From positions 160,754-224,753 of the forward strand of contig CAVWLM010000002.1 in assembly GCA_963755905.1 (NCBI GenBank): a stretch of DNA of 64,000 nt, read 5' to 3'. Made by a program: the position numbers and the translations under genes. Under the pieces are notes generated by a model. That model saw nothing but the letters and a program-made list of their open reading frames with translations, ran no database searches and had not been told where the DNA came from. Origin of the DNA: an uncultured delta proteobacterium. GTDB lineage: Bacteria; Desulfobacterota; Binatia; Binatales; Binataceae. Positions 9,257 through 19,591 of this stretch are shown here, in pieces; within the stretch, counting starts at the first letter, position 1, and each line of letters begins with the position of its first letter.

Positions 9257-10612
9257 ATGAGCGTCCATCCGGCGGATTCGGAAATCTCCGGAGCGCTCTG
9301 GGGAACAGCCGAGACGCGCGCGCTCTTTTCCGACATGGCGCATCTTCAGTTGATGCTCGACGTCGAGGCCGCGCTCGCGCGGGCCGAAGCGAGCCTCGGC
9401 CTGATCCCGCCGGAAATCGCCGAGACGATCACGAAGGCGGCGCGGGTCGAGAACCTGCGGATCGAGCGAATCGCCGAGGGCACGCGTGCCACCGGCGTGC
9501 CGGTCCCGGCTTTGGTGAGCGAGGTTGGCCGCGTGGCCGGCGAAGAGGCCGCGCGCTACCTGCATCTGGGCGCGACTACGCAGGATATTCTCGATACCGC
9601 GCTCGTGCTTCAGATGCGGAGTGCGCTCAAGTTTTTGCGGCGCGATCTGGTGGCGCTCGCCCGCACACTGGCGGCGCGCGCGAGCGCGTATCGCAACACG
9701 CCGATGGCCGGACGAACGCACCTGCAGCACGCGGTGCCGATAACTTTCGGGCTCAAGTGCGCGGTATGGGCGTCGCCGCTCGCGGCCCATGTCGAGCGGC
9801 TCGATCAGGCGGCGCGCCGTGCTCTCGTGGTGCAATTCGGCGGCGCCGCGGGAACGCTCGCCGCGCTCGGCACGAACGGAGTGGCGGTGACCGAGGCGTT
9901 GGCGTGCGAGCTTGGCCTGGGCGTGCCGGATGTGCCCTGGCATGCCGCGCGCGACACCATGGCGGAAATTGCCGCGCTGCTGGGGTTGGTATGTGGCAGC
10001 CTCTCCAAGTTTGCGTTCGACATCGCGCTGCTGATGCAGGTCGAGGTGGCCGAGGTTTTCGAGCCGCACGCCGCGGGCCGCGGCGGTTCGAGCACGATGC
10101 CGCAAAAGCGCAACCCGGTCGCCGCCGAGTACATCATTGCCGCCGCGCGTGGCGTACATGCGCTGGCGCCCTTGATGCTGACCGCGATGGGGCAGGATCA
10201 CGAGCGCGCCACGGGTCCCTGGCAAAGCGAGGCGCTGGCGCTGCCGCAATGTTTCGTCCTTTGCGCGGGTGCGATGGCGCATGCGCTCACGATCGCCGCG
10301 GGAATGACGATCGACGCGGCGCGGATGCGCCGTAACCTGGACCTTGGCGGCGGGCTGATCATGGCCGAGGCGGTGGCGACCGGACTGATGCCGGTGATGG
10401 GCCGTGCGGCGGCGCATCATGTGCTTCAGCGCGTTTCGGATCGTGCGATCGCCGAGGGCAAACCACTCCGCCAGGCGCTGCGCGACGACGCCGAGGTGCG
10501 GCGCCACCTGAGCGACGAGCAGATCGACGGCTTGACCGATCCGGCGGCTTACCTGGGCTCGGCGGGCGCTTTCGTCGACCGCGTAGTTGCGCGAATCGCG
10601 CGGCTCGGCTGA
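9257..10612 (+). CDS. pcaB: 3-carboxy-cis,cis-muconate cycloisomerase
   Basis: Fumarase/aspartase-family lyase with GSSTMPQKRNP and HLGATTQD. Immediately follows pcaHG. Confidence 0.85.
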   Translation: MSVHPADSEISGALWGTAETRALFSDMAHLQLMLDVEAALARAEASLGLIPPEIAETITKAARVENLRIERIAEGTRATGVPVPALVSEVGRVAGEEAARYLHLGATTQDILDTALVLQMRSALKFLRRDLVALARTLAARASAYRNTPMAGRTHLQHAVPITFGLKCAVWASPLAAHVERLDQAARRALVVQFGGAAGTLAALGTNGVAVTEALACELGLGVPDVPWHAARDTMAEIAALLGLVCGSLSKFAFDIALLMQVEVAEVFEPHAAGRGGSSTMPQKRNPVAAEYIIAAARGVHALAPLMLTAMGQDHERATGPWQSEALALPQCFVLCAGAMAHALTIAAGMTIDAARMRRNLDLGGGLIMAEAVATGLMPVMGRAAAHHVLQRVSDRAIAEGKPLRQALRDDAEVRRHLSDEQIDGLTDPAAYLGSAGAFVDRVVARIARLG

Positions 10613-10616
10613 CGCA

Positions 10617-12068
10617 TCAATGCACCGGCGGGCGTTTGGCGGCCCACGGACGCGCTTGTTCGAGTTGAGCGGCCACTCGCAGCAACGCCGCTTCGTCACC
10701 CAGGCGGCCGGCTATCTGAACCCCGACGGGTAGCCCGCCGGCGCTCCAGTGCAGAGGCAGCGAGATGGCCGGTTGGCCGGTGGTGTTGAAGAGCGGCGTG
10801 AAGGGCGCGTAGGAAAAAACCTGTCGCGTCCATTCCATCGCGGTCATGCCTTTGCGGTGCTGGTCGAGTTCGCCTAGCGGCGCTGGTAGGCGCGCGATTG
10901 TCGGGGTTACGAGCAAGTCCACGTTCTCGAAGAAAGCGCCGACCTGCCGCGACACCAGATTGCCGTGCGCAATCGCGTTGAGCAGGTCAGCGGCGGAGTA
11001 GCGCTTGCCGTCCTCGTAGCAGGCGAGCGTCACTGCTTCGAGGTTGTCGGGCCCCGGTTTGCGCTGGAGCGCCGCCGCCGCGGCGTCGATCGAAGTGACG
11101 GTGAACGCGGTCCAGATGACGTGTACGTTTTCGAGGAACGCGTCCCAGTCGTAGCGTGGGCGATCTTCGATCAGCGTGTGGCCGAGACTTTCGAGCAACC
11201 GTACCGTTTCGTGCACGGCCTTTTCGCATTCCGGGTCGACCTTGTCCCCTGAAGCGGGCGTGGCCGTCCAAGCGACACGCAGGCGCTCCGGCGCGGCCGC
11301 AATCAATTCGCGGTAAGGGCGAGCGGGCGCCACGGAATGGCCTGGCGCTCCCACGTCCGGACCGGCCACCGCGTCGAGCATCGCGGCAGCGTCGCGCACG
11401 CTGCGCGTCAACACGAACTCGCACGCCAGCCCGCAGAGCAGATCGCCATTGTCCGGGCCCGAGGGGATGCGATCGCGCGAGGGCTTGAGTCCGACCAGGC
11501 CGTTGCACGAGGCCGGAATGCGGATCGAGCCGCCGCCGTCGTTGGCGTGGGCGAGGGGCACGACGCGCGCCGCCACCGCCGCGCCCGACCCGCCGCTGGA
11601 GCCGCCGGCGCTGCGTCCGAGGTCCCACGGGTTGTGCACGGGGCCGAAGGCGCGGGTCTCGGTGGTCGGGCTATAGCCGAACTCCGGCGTCTGCGTGGTG
11701 CCCACCAGCACCAGGCCGGCGCGCCTAAAACGCGCCATCAGTTCGGTGTCCGCCGGCGCCACGAAGCCCTGCGTAAATTTCGATCCGCTGTCGCAACGGA
11801 CGCCCTTGGCGTGCAGAATGAGTTCCTTGATCATGAAGGGCACGCCGGTGAACGGACCTCGAGGAAGGCCGGCGCGAATTTCCGCCCCGGCCTCGTTGGG
11901 AAGCGTCTGCAGCACGGCGTTGATTTTGGGATTAATCTTCGCCACCGCCTCGAACGCGGCGGCGGCGAGTTCGTCCGGCGTCACCTCGCCGCGGGCGACC
12001 AGTTCGGCGAGTCCGAGTCCGTCGTGAGAGGCGTAATCGTCGAACGAAATCATGCGCCGGTCCTCCAT
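10617..12068 (-). CDS. Amidase (amidase-signature family)
   Basis: GGSSGGSGAAVAA...GGSIRIPAS is the AS signature region. Convergent with pcaB. Confidence 0.8.
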   Translation of the reverse strand: MEDRRMISFDDYASHDGLGLAELVARGEVTPDELAAAAFEAVAKINPKINAVLQTLPNEAGAEIRAGLPRGPFTGVPFMIKELILHAKGVRCDSGSKFTQGFVAPADTELMARFRRAGLVLVGTTQTPEFGYSPTTETRAFGPVHNPWDLGRSAGGSSGGSGAAVAARVVPLAHANDGGGSIRIPASCNGLVGLKPSRDRIPSGPDNGDLLCGLACEFVLTRSVRDAAAMLDAVAGPDVGAPGHSVAPARPYRELIAAAPERLRVAWTATPASGDKVDPECEKAVHETVRLLESLGHTLIEDRPRYDWDAFLENVHVIWTAFTVTSIDAAAAALQRKPGPDNLEAVTLACYEDGKRYSAADLLNAIAHGNLVSRQVGAFFENVDLLVTPTIARLPAPLGELDQHRKGMTAMEWTRQVFSYAPFTPLFNTTGQPAISLPLHWSAGGLPVGVQIAGRLGDEAALLRVAAQLEQARPWAAKRPPVH

Positions 12069-12436
12069 ACGCGGGCTTTGCCAGCCTGCGTTGGCTGGCT
12101 TCGCCGGCCTTCATTGAGTGGCTTTGGCAGACCGATCCGAGAGTCCACCCGTCCGGTCTTCTTAAAGTCACCGTCGGTATAAATGCCGCGTACCACATTT
12201 CGCTCAAAGCCGGCAAATTCGGGGCGCCGCCAATTGAGCGGCCTGACCAGCATTGCTTTAATGAATGAAGCGTCGGGGGGTGGCGCCAATCTGATCACCT
12301 GGACGAAATAGAAAAGTAACTCGGCGGCAACGTGGGTGTGACCGCAATCGGCCGCGGATATGTTCATGATGCGCGGTGCACGCGTCGTGCGGTTTGGAAA
12401 CCGGTCAGGCGGAGCAATGGAATCGAGGAGAAATAG

Positions 12437-13000
12437 ATGGGGCCGATTGGAGACGCGATCTTTCTGACCAAAGGAGTGGGGCGGCATAGCGAGAAGCTCA
12501 CCTCATTCGAGCTTGCGCTGCGCGACGCCCGTATCGCGGAGTTCAACCTGGTGCGGGTGAGTTCGATTTTTCCTCCAGGATGTAAAGTGATTCCGGTTCA
12601 GGAGGGTCTGAAGCATCTGAAGCCCGGCCAGATCGTTTACGCCGTGATGTACGACAACGCCACCAACGAACCGCATCGCCTGGTGGCGTCATCCGTAGGG
12701 CTCGCGATTCCGGCCGACAAGGATCAGTACGGCTATCTCTCGGAACACAAGAGTTTCGGCGAGACCGACCAGAAGGCGGGCGACTATGCCGAAGACCTCG
12801 CGGCGACGATGCTCGCCACCATCCTGGGCGTCGACTTCGATCCCAACGCGAGTTACGACGAGCGCAAGGATATCTGGAAGGTGTCGGACAAGATCGTCAC
12901 GACCCGCAACGTCACGCAATCGGCGATCGGCGATCGCGAGGGGCTATGGACCTCGGTCGTGGCGGCGGCGGTATTTGTCAACCTGCCGAGGAACAAGTAG
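12437..13000 (+). CDS. pdaD: Pyruvoyl-dependent arginine decarboxylase
   Basis: [18 protein letters not shown] matches the PdaD self-cleavage (Ser-Ser) region. Length ~187 aa fits. Confidence 0.75.
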   Translation: MGPIGDAIFLTKGVGRHSEKLTSFELALRDARIAEFNLVRVSSIFPPGCKVIPVQEGLKHLKPGQIVYAVMYDNATNEPHRLVASSVGLAIPADKDQYGYLSEHKSFGETDQKAGDYAEDLAATMLATILGVDFDPNASYDERKDIWKVSDKIVTTRNVTQSAIGDREGLWTSVVAAAVFVNLPRNK

Positions 13001-13084
13001 CGCCAAAGCCCTCGCCGGCGCGCCGCGCCCGTATCTGCAGGAGCGACCGCGCCGCGCCAGGTGAGCGCCACGCGGCGGTCGCGT

Positions 13085-13852
13085 TTACAGCTCCATCGGA
13101 TCGCGGAAGTGATCGCGAAAAATTCGGGAGCGATGCTCCAGCAGCAGCGGTGCCAGCGCTTCCTTGATTGCCGGGTCGCTCGCGGTGAAGCCGGGCCTCC
13201 AGGCCTCGGGCATCGGACACTGTTCTTTCGGCAGTGGGTCCAGCAAATTGGCGAAGGACGTCCAGTAGATGTCGAGCGCGCTCAAGGAGTCGCCGACGAA
13301 GTAGTGCACGCCACGCGCGTACTGCGACTCGAGTTGAGCCGCCAGCGCCCTTAGCGATGCGGCGGTACGTTCACCGGCCGCCTTCGCGTCGCCCTCGTTA
13401 TAGCCATACTTGCTGCCCATCAGGCCTATGCCTGCGGGAGGGCTGCCGGATGCGTACGCTGGCGCAAAGAGCTGCAGGCGGCGATTCCAGCCGATACCCT
13501 TTTCTCCGCAGATCTCGTGAGAGAACCCGATCATGAGCGCGCGTTGCGTGGCGTCCGCCGGAATCAACGCGGGCTTGGGCGCCAGGCGCTCGGCCAGGTA
13601 AAGGATGTCGATCCATCGGTGGATAGGCTTTTCCTTGGCCCAAGCCACGATCGGCGCGCTGGCTTCGCCACCCCAGGCTACGATGTCGCCGTTCGGCTGT
13701 CCCGCCTGCCAGGGTGCGGCGAGGTACTCGAGCCCCTTGATTTCGAAGATGGTCTTGGCGGCCTGCCCCCACGGACTGGGCATGCCCTTGACCAGTACGA
13801 TTCGCAAACCCGGGTCGTCGATGATTTCCTCGAAGCTGTGATATTGAAGCAC
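13085..13852 (-). CDS. GST-like fold protein (hypothetical)
   Basis: Thioredoxin-like N-terminus and a helical C-terminus (YFVGDSLSALDIYW). Weak family call. Confidence 0.45.
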   Translation of the reverse strand: MLQYHSFEEIIDDPGLRIVLVKGMPSPWGQAAKTIFEIKGLEYLAAPWQAGQPNGDIVAWGGEASAPIVAWAKEKPIHRWIDILYLAERLAPKPALIPADATQRALMIGFSHEICGEKGIGWNRRLQLFAPAYASGSPPAGIGLMGSKYGYNEGDAKAAGERTAASLRALAAQLESQYARGVHYFVGDSLSALDIYWTSFANLLDPLPKEQCPMPEAWRPGFTASDPAIKEALAPLLLEHRSRIFRDHFRDPMEL

Positions 13853-13880
13853 GGCGTCCCCCCTTGTCCGAAGTAGTTTT

Positions 13881-14570
13881 CTAGCGAGTCAGAATTTTCC
13901 GCGCCATCTCTTCCACCTCGGCGGTGTTTTTGTTCTCCTGCAAGACCAGCGGTTCCGGCACTGCGATACCACGCTGGCATGCCGGACGCGCTTCCAACCG
14001 CGCAAGCCAGGCTTGCAGATTGACCAGGCCTTCGATGTTGACGCCGCTCCATTTGTAGATGCGTACCCAGCACCAGTTGGCGATATCAGCGATGCTATAT
14101 TCGTCGCACAGATATTCGCGGCCCACGAGTTGCCCTTCCAGCACTTCGAACAGGCGGCGGCACTCGTTGTGGTAGCGCTGGATGGCAGACGGAAGCTTTT
14201 CCGGAAAGTAGCGGTAGAACACGTTGGCCTGACCCATCATCGGCCCGATACCGCCCATCTGAAACATCAGCCACTGCGTCACCCGTGACTCGCCTTTTTC
14301 GTCCTTGGGCAGGAGCTTGCCGGTCTTGTGAGCCAGGTACAGCAGGATCGCTCCACTTTCGAATACCTGGAAATCGCCATTGGCGCGGTCGACGATCGCT
14401 GGAATACGGCCGTTGGGATTGATGCGCAGAAACTCTGGCTCTTTCTGGTGCCCCTTGCCCAGGTCGATACGGTGTACGGTATATGGCACCCCGGTCTCTT
14501 CCAGGTATACGGAGACTTTCCAGCCGTTGGGGGTGGACGCGGTGTATAGGTCGATCGACGGCGAACTCAT
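13881..14570 (-). CDS. Glutathione S-transferase (YfcG/YghU Nu-class-like)
   Basis: [20 protein letters not shown]...[11 protein letters not shown]...[11 protein letters not shown]. Confidence 0.8.
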   Translation of the reverse strand: MSSPSIDLYTASTPNGWKVSVYLEETGVPYTVHRIDLGKGHQKEPEFLRINPNGRIPAIVDRANGDFQVFESGAILLYLAHKTGKLLPKDEKGESRVTQWLMFQMGGIGPMMGQANVFYRYFPEKLPSAIQRYHNECRRLFEVLEGQLVGREYLCDEYSIADIANWCWVRIYKWSGVNIEGLVNLQAWLARLEARPACQRGIAVPEPLVLQENKNTAEVEEMARKILTR

Positions 14571-14777
14571 CGTGGGTCTCTCCTGGCGGGCGCGTGATGG
14601 CTTGGGGCTTCCTGTCCGTTATCGGGCGCAACCGAGTCTATAACCGATCTCGGAACGATCAGTCAAGAAAGGTCTCGAGCCGCGATCTTGGCGGTGTTTC
14701 TCACACCTTGTTTATTGATGTTCTTGCGTGCGGGAGACCGCGAAAGTAAAATTCCGATTGTTCCAATATGATAGGAA

Positions 14778-15425
14778 ATGGCAGGCGTTAGACAATTCGA
14801 CGTTGACGAGGTTCTTGACCGCGCGATGACGCTGTTCTGGACCCGTGGCTACGAGGCCACGTCGATTCAGGACCTGGTCGAGGCCACCGGCATAAACCGC
14901 GGCAGCCTCTACGCGACCTTCGGCGATAAGCAAGGCGCGTTCCTCGCGGCGGTCGACCACTACCTTGAAGCGGTCGCAAACTCCCTGGTGGCGGAATTGT
15001 CCGACCCCGATCCGCGGCGCGCGATCGAACGAATGCTCGATTCGATTATCCGGCGCAACAGCGATCCGCGATTTCCGCGAGGTTGTCTTATAACCAATAG
15101 CGCGCTCGAATGTCCGTCCAGCGGAGACGCTATCGCCCGCAAGATTATGCACGCAGTCGGGCAGCAGGAATCGGCGATCTACCGCGTTCTGCGCCGGGCT
15201 CAAGATGAAGGTTCGCTGGCCGCGAACCGCGATACGCGGGCACTCGCACGCTTCTTTCTGGGCGTCGCCCAGGGCCTGAACGTGGTGAACAAGGCCGTCG
15301 CGAATCCCGAGATGCTCAAGGACATAGCCAGGACCGCGATGAAGGTTTGGGATGGAAGTGATGTGGCAGCAGGAGACCAGAGGCCGCGGACAAAAAAAGA
15401 TCGGCGCAAAGGCATCTGTCCGTAA
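14778..15425 (+). CDS. TetR/AcrR-family transcriptional regulator
   Basis: N-terminal HTH (TRGYEATSIQDLVEATGINRGSLYATFGDKQ). Confidence 0.85.
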   Translation: MAGVRQFDVDEVLDRAMTLFWTRGYEATSIQDLVEATGINRGSLYATFGDKQGAFLAAVDHYLEAVANSLVAELSDPDPRRAIERMLDSIIRRNSDPRFPRGCLITNSALECPSSGDAIARKIMHAVGQQESAIYRVLRRAQDEGSLAANRDTRALARFFLGVAQGLNVVNKAVANPEMLKDIARTAMKVWDGSDVAAGDQRPRTKKDRRKGICP

Positions 15426-15504
15426 GAGACTCTCCCTCCTCATCGAGACCGGATATATCTCGGTCGTCCGCAAATTCAGATAGACTGCGACTGATGTATG
15501 ACTC

Positions 15505-16902
15505 ATGAAAGCGGATCGGCTTAGCCGCAATGCACTGGGATTACCCCAAATCGTCGCCTCGACGCTGGCAAATATCGCGCCGGCGGTAAGTATCTATTTT
15601 GGTCTCGGAGTTATAGTCGGCGGCGCCGGCGTGGCGGCACCGCTGACGATTATCGTGGCGATGGCAGCGATTCTCTTTCTCAGCAACACGCTCGCGGAAT
15701 TCTCAAAATACAGACCGAGCACAGGATCTTTTGTCACGTTTATCGGCATGGCCTTCGGTCCCAGCGCCGGAGCCGCGGCATCACTATTCACTGTTGTCGG
15801 CTACGCCATAGCGGCGGCGGCGATTGTCGCGATCTCCGGGGGATGGGCGCATGACACGATCAAGCTTTATGCCGGGATCAACATACCGTGGCAATTGCTA
15901 TGTGTCGCCGCGACCGGTTTTTGCGGGTTTCTGGTCGCGCGCGGTGTAAAGATCTCGACCACCTGGGCCGCGATCTTTTTTTATTTCGAGCTCGGCCTCT
16001 TGCTGCTCGGCGCTGTGATCATGCTGGTCGTCAATCGCGAATCGCTTGGCTGGGCGCCGTTTTTGCCCTCCAATCTATCGGGCGGCCTGGCCGGCATGGG
16101 GCTTGGCTTTCCACTCGCCGTGTACTTTTTCGTGGGATGGGAGAACTCCGCGACCCTGGCCGAAGAAACCGAAAATCCCCGCAAGAACATTCCGCGAGCG
16201 TTGGTGATAGGCACACTCGCTATCGGTGTCGTGTATGTATTCCTTACCTATGCCACGGAAATTGCTTTTCATAACGATGCCAGGGCAATCGGCAGTTCCA
16301 CAATTCCGTTTATCGACGCGCTCAGGCGCTCGGCCGCCGGCCTTTTGATTATCGGCTATCTTGCCGGCATGACCAGCATATTCTCTTGCCTGCTTGGACT
16401 AACCAATTCACAGGCGCGGATTCTTTTCAGTGCCGGGCGTGAGGGTTTACTGCCGGTATTCTTCGGTAAAATCCATCCACAGCATAAAACGCCGCACATC
16501 GCGATGTGGGTTTATATCCTTACCGCGCTCGCGATTACCCTGATATTTGGCTGGAACCTCGACCCGGTCGATACCTTTAGTTATACCGGGACGTTAGGTG
16601 CGATCCCGATTATCATAGTGTATCTTGTCACCACTGTTGCGCTGCCGGTTTATATCCTCCGATTTCACAATTCCGAGTTCAGTCTTCTGAGACATTGCGT
16701 AATACCGTTCTGTGGTGTGGTTCTGACCCTCTTCCCGTTGTGGGGACTGGTTCAACCGGGACAACCGTCGCCGTTCAATCTGTTCCCCGCGATGGTTGGA
16801 ATCGGTCTTGTCATATCCATAATTTATGGAATCGCTCTGGCGCGCCGGTTCCCCAATCTTGTCCATAGTATTGGCAGCTACGTCGCTGACGAGGAGTACT
16901 AA
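15505..16902 (+). CDS. APC-family amino acid/polyamine permease
   Basis: 12-TM APC-like protein. FFVGWENSATLAEETENPRKNIPRA matches the consensus amphipathic region. Confidence 0.8.
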   Translation: MKADRLSRNALGLPQIVASTLANIAPAVSIYFGLGVIVGGAGVAAPLTIIVAMAAILFLSNTLAEFSKYRPSTGSFVTFIGMAFGPSAGAAASLFTVVGYAIAAAAIVAISGGWAHDTIKLYAGINIPWQLLCVAATGFCGFLVARGVKISTTWAAIFFYFELGLLLLGAVIMLVVNRESLGWAPFLPSNLSGGLAGMGLGFPLAVYFFVGWENSATLAEETENPRKNIPRALVIGTLAIGVVYVFLTYATEIAFHNDARAIGSSTIPFIDALRRSAAGLLIIGYLAGMTSIFSCLLGLTNSQARILFSAGREGLLPVFFGKIHPQHKTPHIAMWVYILTALAITLIFGWNLDPVDTFSYTGTLGAIPIIIVYLVTTVALPVYILRFHNSEFSLLRHCVIPFCGVVLTLFPLWGLVQPGQPSPFNLFPAMVGIGLVISIIYGIALARRFPNLVHSIGSYVADEEY

Positions 16903-16908
16903 ACAACG

Positions 16909-17688
16909 ATGGTGGTCGCAGCTCTACAGATGCAGCCGGCCGGCTCGGTCGAGGCTAATCTCGCCAAGATAGACAAGGCCGCTAAATCGGCGGCTGCTTT
17001 TGGCGCGGAACTGCTGGTGACGCCGGAGACGGGCATTACCGGGTATGCCATCTGGGACAGGATTCCGCTGCTCGCCGAAGATCGGGAGGGACCTGTCCTT
17101 CAGAGCCTCGATAAAATGTCACGCACATACAATTTAGCGATCGTTGCGGGATTTCCCGAACGAGATCACGATGTCGTCTACAATACAGCCGTCATAGCAC
17201 AACCCGACGGAACCCGGAGCTTCTATCGCAAAAGTCATCTCTTCGGACCTCATGAAAAATCGGCGTTTGCCGCGGCCGGCGACCGTTCACCGATCGTGAG
17301 TTTCAATGGCATGCGAGCCGGCATGCTCATTTGCTACGACGTCGAGTTCCCTGAAATGGTGCGTTCCGCCGTCCTGGCGGGCGCGGAAATGCTGATGGTG
17401 CCTACGGCTTTACCCAAAGCCGCCCCGGCAAATCGTGTTTCGCGATCGATGATTCCCAGCAGGGCTTTGGAAAACCATATCTTTATAATCTATGCGGGCT
17501 TATGTGGAGAGGAAAACGGAACCAGCTATCAAGGTGGTTCGGTAATTGTCGGGCCCGACGGCGAAGATTTAGCCCGTGCGGGCGCCGCTGAGTCGCTTCT
17601 AATCACTGAGATTGACCGACTCAGTTCTGCATTTTTAAACCTAGATCCCTATCTGGATGATCGGCGCCCGACTCTCTATCGCCTATAG
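16909..17688 (+). CDS. Carbon-nitrogen hydrolase (nitrilase superfamily amidohydrolase)
   Basis: ELLVTPETG...ICYDVEFPE (E-K-C catalytic triad context). Confidence 0.85.
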   Translation: MVVAALQMQPAGSVEANLAKIDKAAKSAAAFGAELLVTPETGITGYAIWDRIPLLAEDREGPVLQSLDKMSRTYNLAIVAGFPERDHDVVYNTAVIAQPDGTRSFYRKSHLFGPHEKSAFAAAGDRSPIVSFNGMRAGMLICYDVEFPEMVRSAVLAGAEMLMVPTALPKAAPANRVSRSMIPSRALENHIFIIYAGLCGEENGTSYQGGSVIVGPDGEDLARAGAAESLLITEIDRLSSAFLNLDPYLDDRRPTLYRL

Positions 17689-17809
17689 CGCAAGCCAAGC
17701 CAAGGCATCACCTCGCCGCGATGCAGACGGCAGACCCAACCCTCCGTCTCCCCGTGCTTCAGTCGAGCAGCCGGAGCACGGATCCGAGAAGGCGTCTATC
17801 TCTCTCGAG

Positions 17810-18064
17810 TTATGACTTTAGACGCGGATCGCTGTCCGCGACGCATTGGGTGGCCGAGAGGAACTTGGAGTAGTCAGGTGTAATGCCCGGGGTTTTAATC
17901 ATCGACTGCCTATCGGATTCGCAAGCGGCCGACGATTGGTAATAGGCAATCTTATCCCATTTCGACAGGGCTGCCTGGATGTCGAACTTTCCGACTTGCT
18001 GGTAGGGCGGCGTGATCAAGTACCAGGTAGCCAGCAGCGACGCTGCAGCGAGCGGCTTTTTCAT
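17810..18064 (-). CDS. Small secreted hypothetical protein
   Basis: 84 aa with an N-terminal signal peptide (MKKPLAAASLLATWYL). Confidence 0.4.
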   Translation of the reverse strand: MKKPLAAASLLATWYLITPPYQQVGKFDIQAALSKWDKIAYYQSSAACESDRQSMIKTPGITPDYSKFLSATQCVADSDPRLKS

Positions 18065-18389
18065 GAGACTCTCCTCCGGTTTCCGGCCGGCGTGATCCTA
18101 AGAGCGATGGTTTTCTCAGACCGCAAGTAAAACGAGACGGTTACGACGATGAAGCCACGCAGCAAGGGTCATGCCCGGTAGAAAGTCTTACTGATACTCA
18201 TTCAACAGTATGGTATCACCTACATCTTTTAGCCTAGTTCATTTGGGTTCGTCTGCTTCCATCGAACTGGGATGCTTAAAGTGACATCAGGATGCACGAG
18301 GGATGTGCAGTTACGTGAGGAGCCGGAAGACTATGCAGCGGGCGTTCGTTTTGTGGAGTATCGAATTCCCGCCGTAGCGAGGAGGGCGG

Positions 18390-19010
18390 CTAGCCGTGCT
18401 GGGCTTCCGCTTCGATCAGAATTTCCGCGGCTCGCACCAGCGCTGACGCGCGGCCGGCGGGACGTGCAGCCTCCGAGCAGAATCCCGACCCTTCGAGCAT
18501 TATGCCGAGCTGATCCGCGAGCCGCTCGGGGTCGCGTGCGCCCGCAGCCTTGGCAAGCTCGCGCAGACGGGCGTGGCGCTCGGCCCTGAACTTGACGATG
18601 ACCGCGCGCGCCGGATGCGCCGCCTCGGGAAACTCGGCCAGCGTGTTGCCGAACGGGCATCCACGGAAATCCCCCGAGATGGCGTTGTCCGCGGTCGCGG
18701 CGAACAACGCACGCAACTGTTTAGCCGGTGCGTCGGCATACCGCCTGATCGTCGCGTCCCACCATTGCCAGTATTCGGCGGCCGAGGATTCGAGGTACGC
18801 GCAGACCAGGTCGTCCTTGGAGCGGAAGTGGCGGTAGAAACTCATCTTGGCCACGCCAGAACGGGCGATTAGCGTATCGACACCCACGGCGCGGATGCCT
18901 TCGCGGTAGAAGGAGTCCCGCGCGGTCTGGAGGATGCGTTCGCGGACCGACAGCGGCTTTGCCGGCGCGTTCGGCGATCGCCTGCCTGGGTAATGGGTCT
19001 CGCCTGCCAT
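18390..19010 (-). CDS. TetR-family transcriptional regulator
   Basis: LSVRERILQTARDSFYREGIRAVGVDTLIARSGVAKMSFYRHF is a TetR HTH. Start taken at the internal Met (19010); the 5' extension of the ORF is Arg-rich junk. Confidence 0.8.
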   Translation of the reverse strand: MAGETHYPGRRSPNAPAKPLSVRERILQTARDSFYREGIRAVGVDTLIARSGVAKMSFYRHFRSKDDLVCAYLESSAAEYWQWWDATIRRYADAPAKQLRALFAATADNAISGDFRGCPFGNTLAEFPEAAHPARAVIVKFRAERHARLRELAKAAGARDPERLADQLGIMLEGSGFCSEAARPAGRASALVRAAEILIEAEAQHG

Positions 19011-19068
19011 GATCGTTGTCCTCTTCCGCCGTCCGCTTCGTTGGTGCCGGCAGCGCTTGCGTCGCCAC

Positions 19069-19115
19069 TTGACTGATACAGACAGACCTGTATCATATTG
19101 GACAGACCGGTCTGT
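19069..19115. promoter_or_regulatory. Putative sigma70 promoter (TTGACT-N16-TATCAT) overlapped by two inverted-repeat operator sites
   Basis: GATACAG-N6-CTGTATC at 19075-19094 and the perfect palindrome ACAGACCGGTCTGT at 19102-19115. They sit just upstream of the divergent TetR gene. Confidence 0.4.
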
Positions 19116-19144
19116 ATCAGATCGCCAGAATACATGAACAGGCC

Positions 19145-19429
19145 ATGGAGGAAAAGACAAAGACCATGCTCAACAACACCAAACCTACAACAATCAAAGC
19201 CGGACGGCCTGCAGCGCTACGCCACGCGCGCGGGGCCACGGCACTTCGCTGGCTTCAGGCGAGGCGCGGTCTTTCCACTGACGCACGGAAGGGTTCGCGA
19301 CCCGCGCCGCGGCCGGTGCCCGCCGACCGGATCGGTACGGCCCTCATCTTCCTGCTGAGCGTCGGCCTGGTGAGCGCCGGGGCGCTGATGATCGCGCAAA
19401 TCTGGGCGAACCAAGCTATGATTCGATAA
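19145..19429 (+). CDS. Hypothetical small protein with a C-terminal TM helix
   Basis: Weak ORF-only call; composition is partly Arg/Ala-rich. Confidence 0.2.
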   Translation: MEEKTKTMLNNTKPTTIKAGRPAALRHARGATALRWLQARRGLSTDARKGSRPAPRPVPADRIGTALIFLLSVGLVSAGALMIAQIWANQAMIR

Positions 19430-19591
19430 TAATTGGCAAGCAGGGTTCGGGCGGTCCGCCGCGTGGAATACGCGCGGCGGTCGCGCCTCGCGGATATCCG
19501 GAAAGTTTTGGGGCATCTCGGGTACTAGGACAGCCGCCGCTTTCAAGCGGGCGGCGGCAATCAAACAGGGGTCGAAAGGAGTTCTATAAAA

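Noticed and set aside
9101-10699. 532-aa minus-strand ORF
   Set aside because: Entirely antisense to pcaB. Arg/His-rich with no motifs; a typical high-GC shadow ORF.
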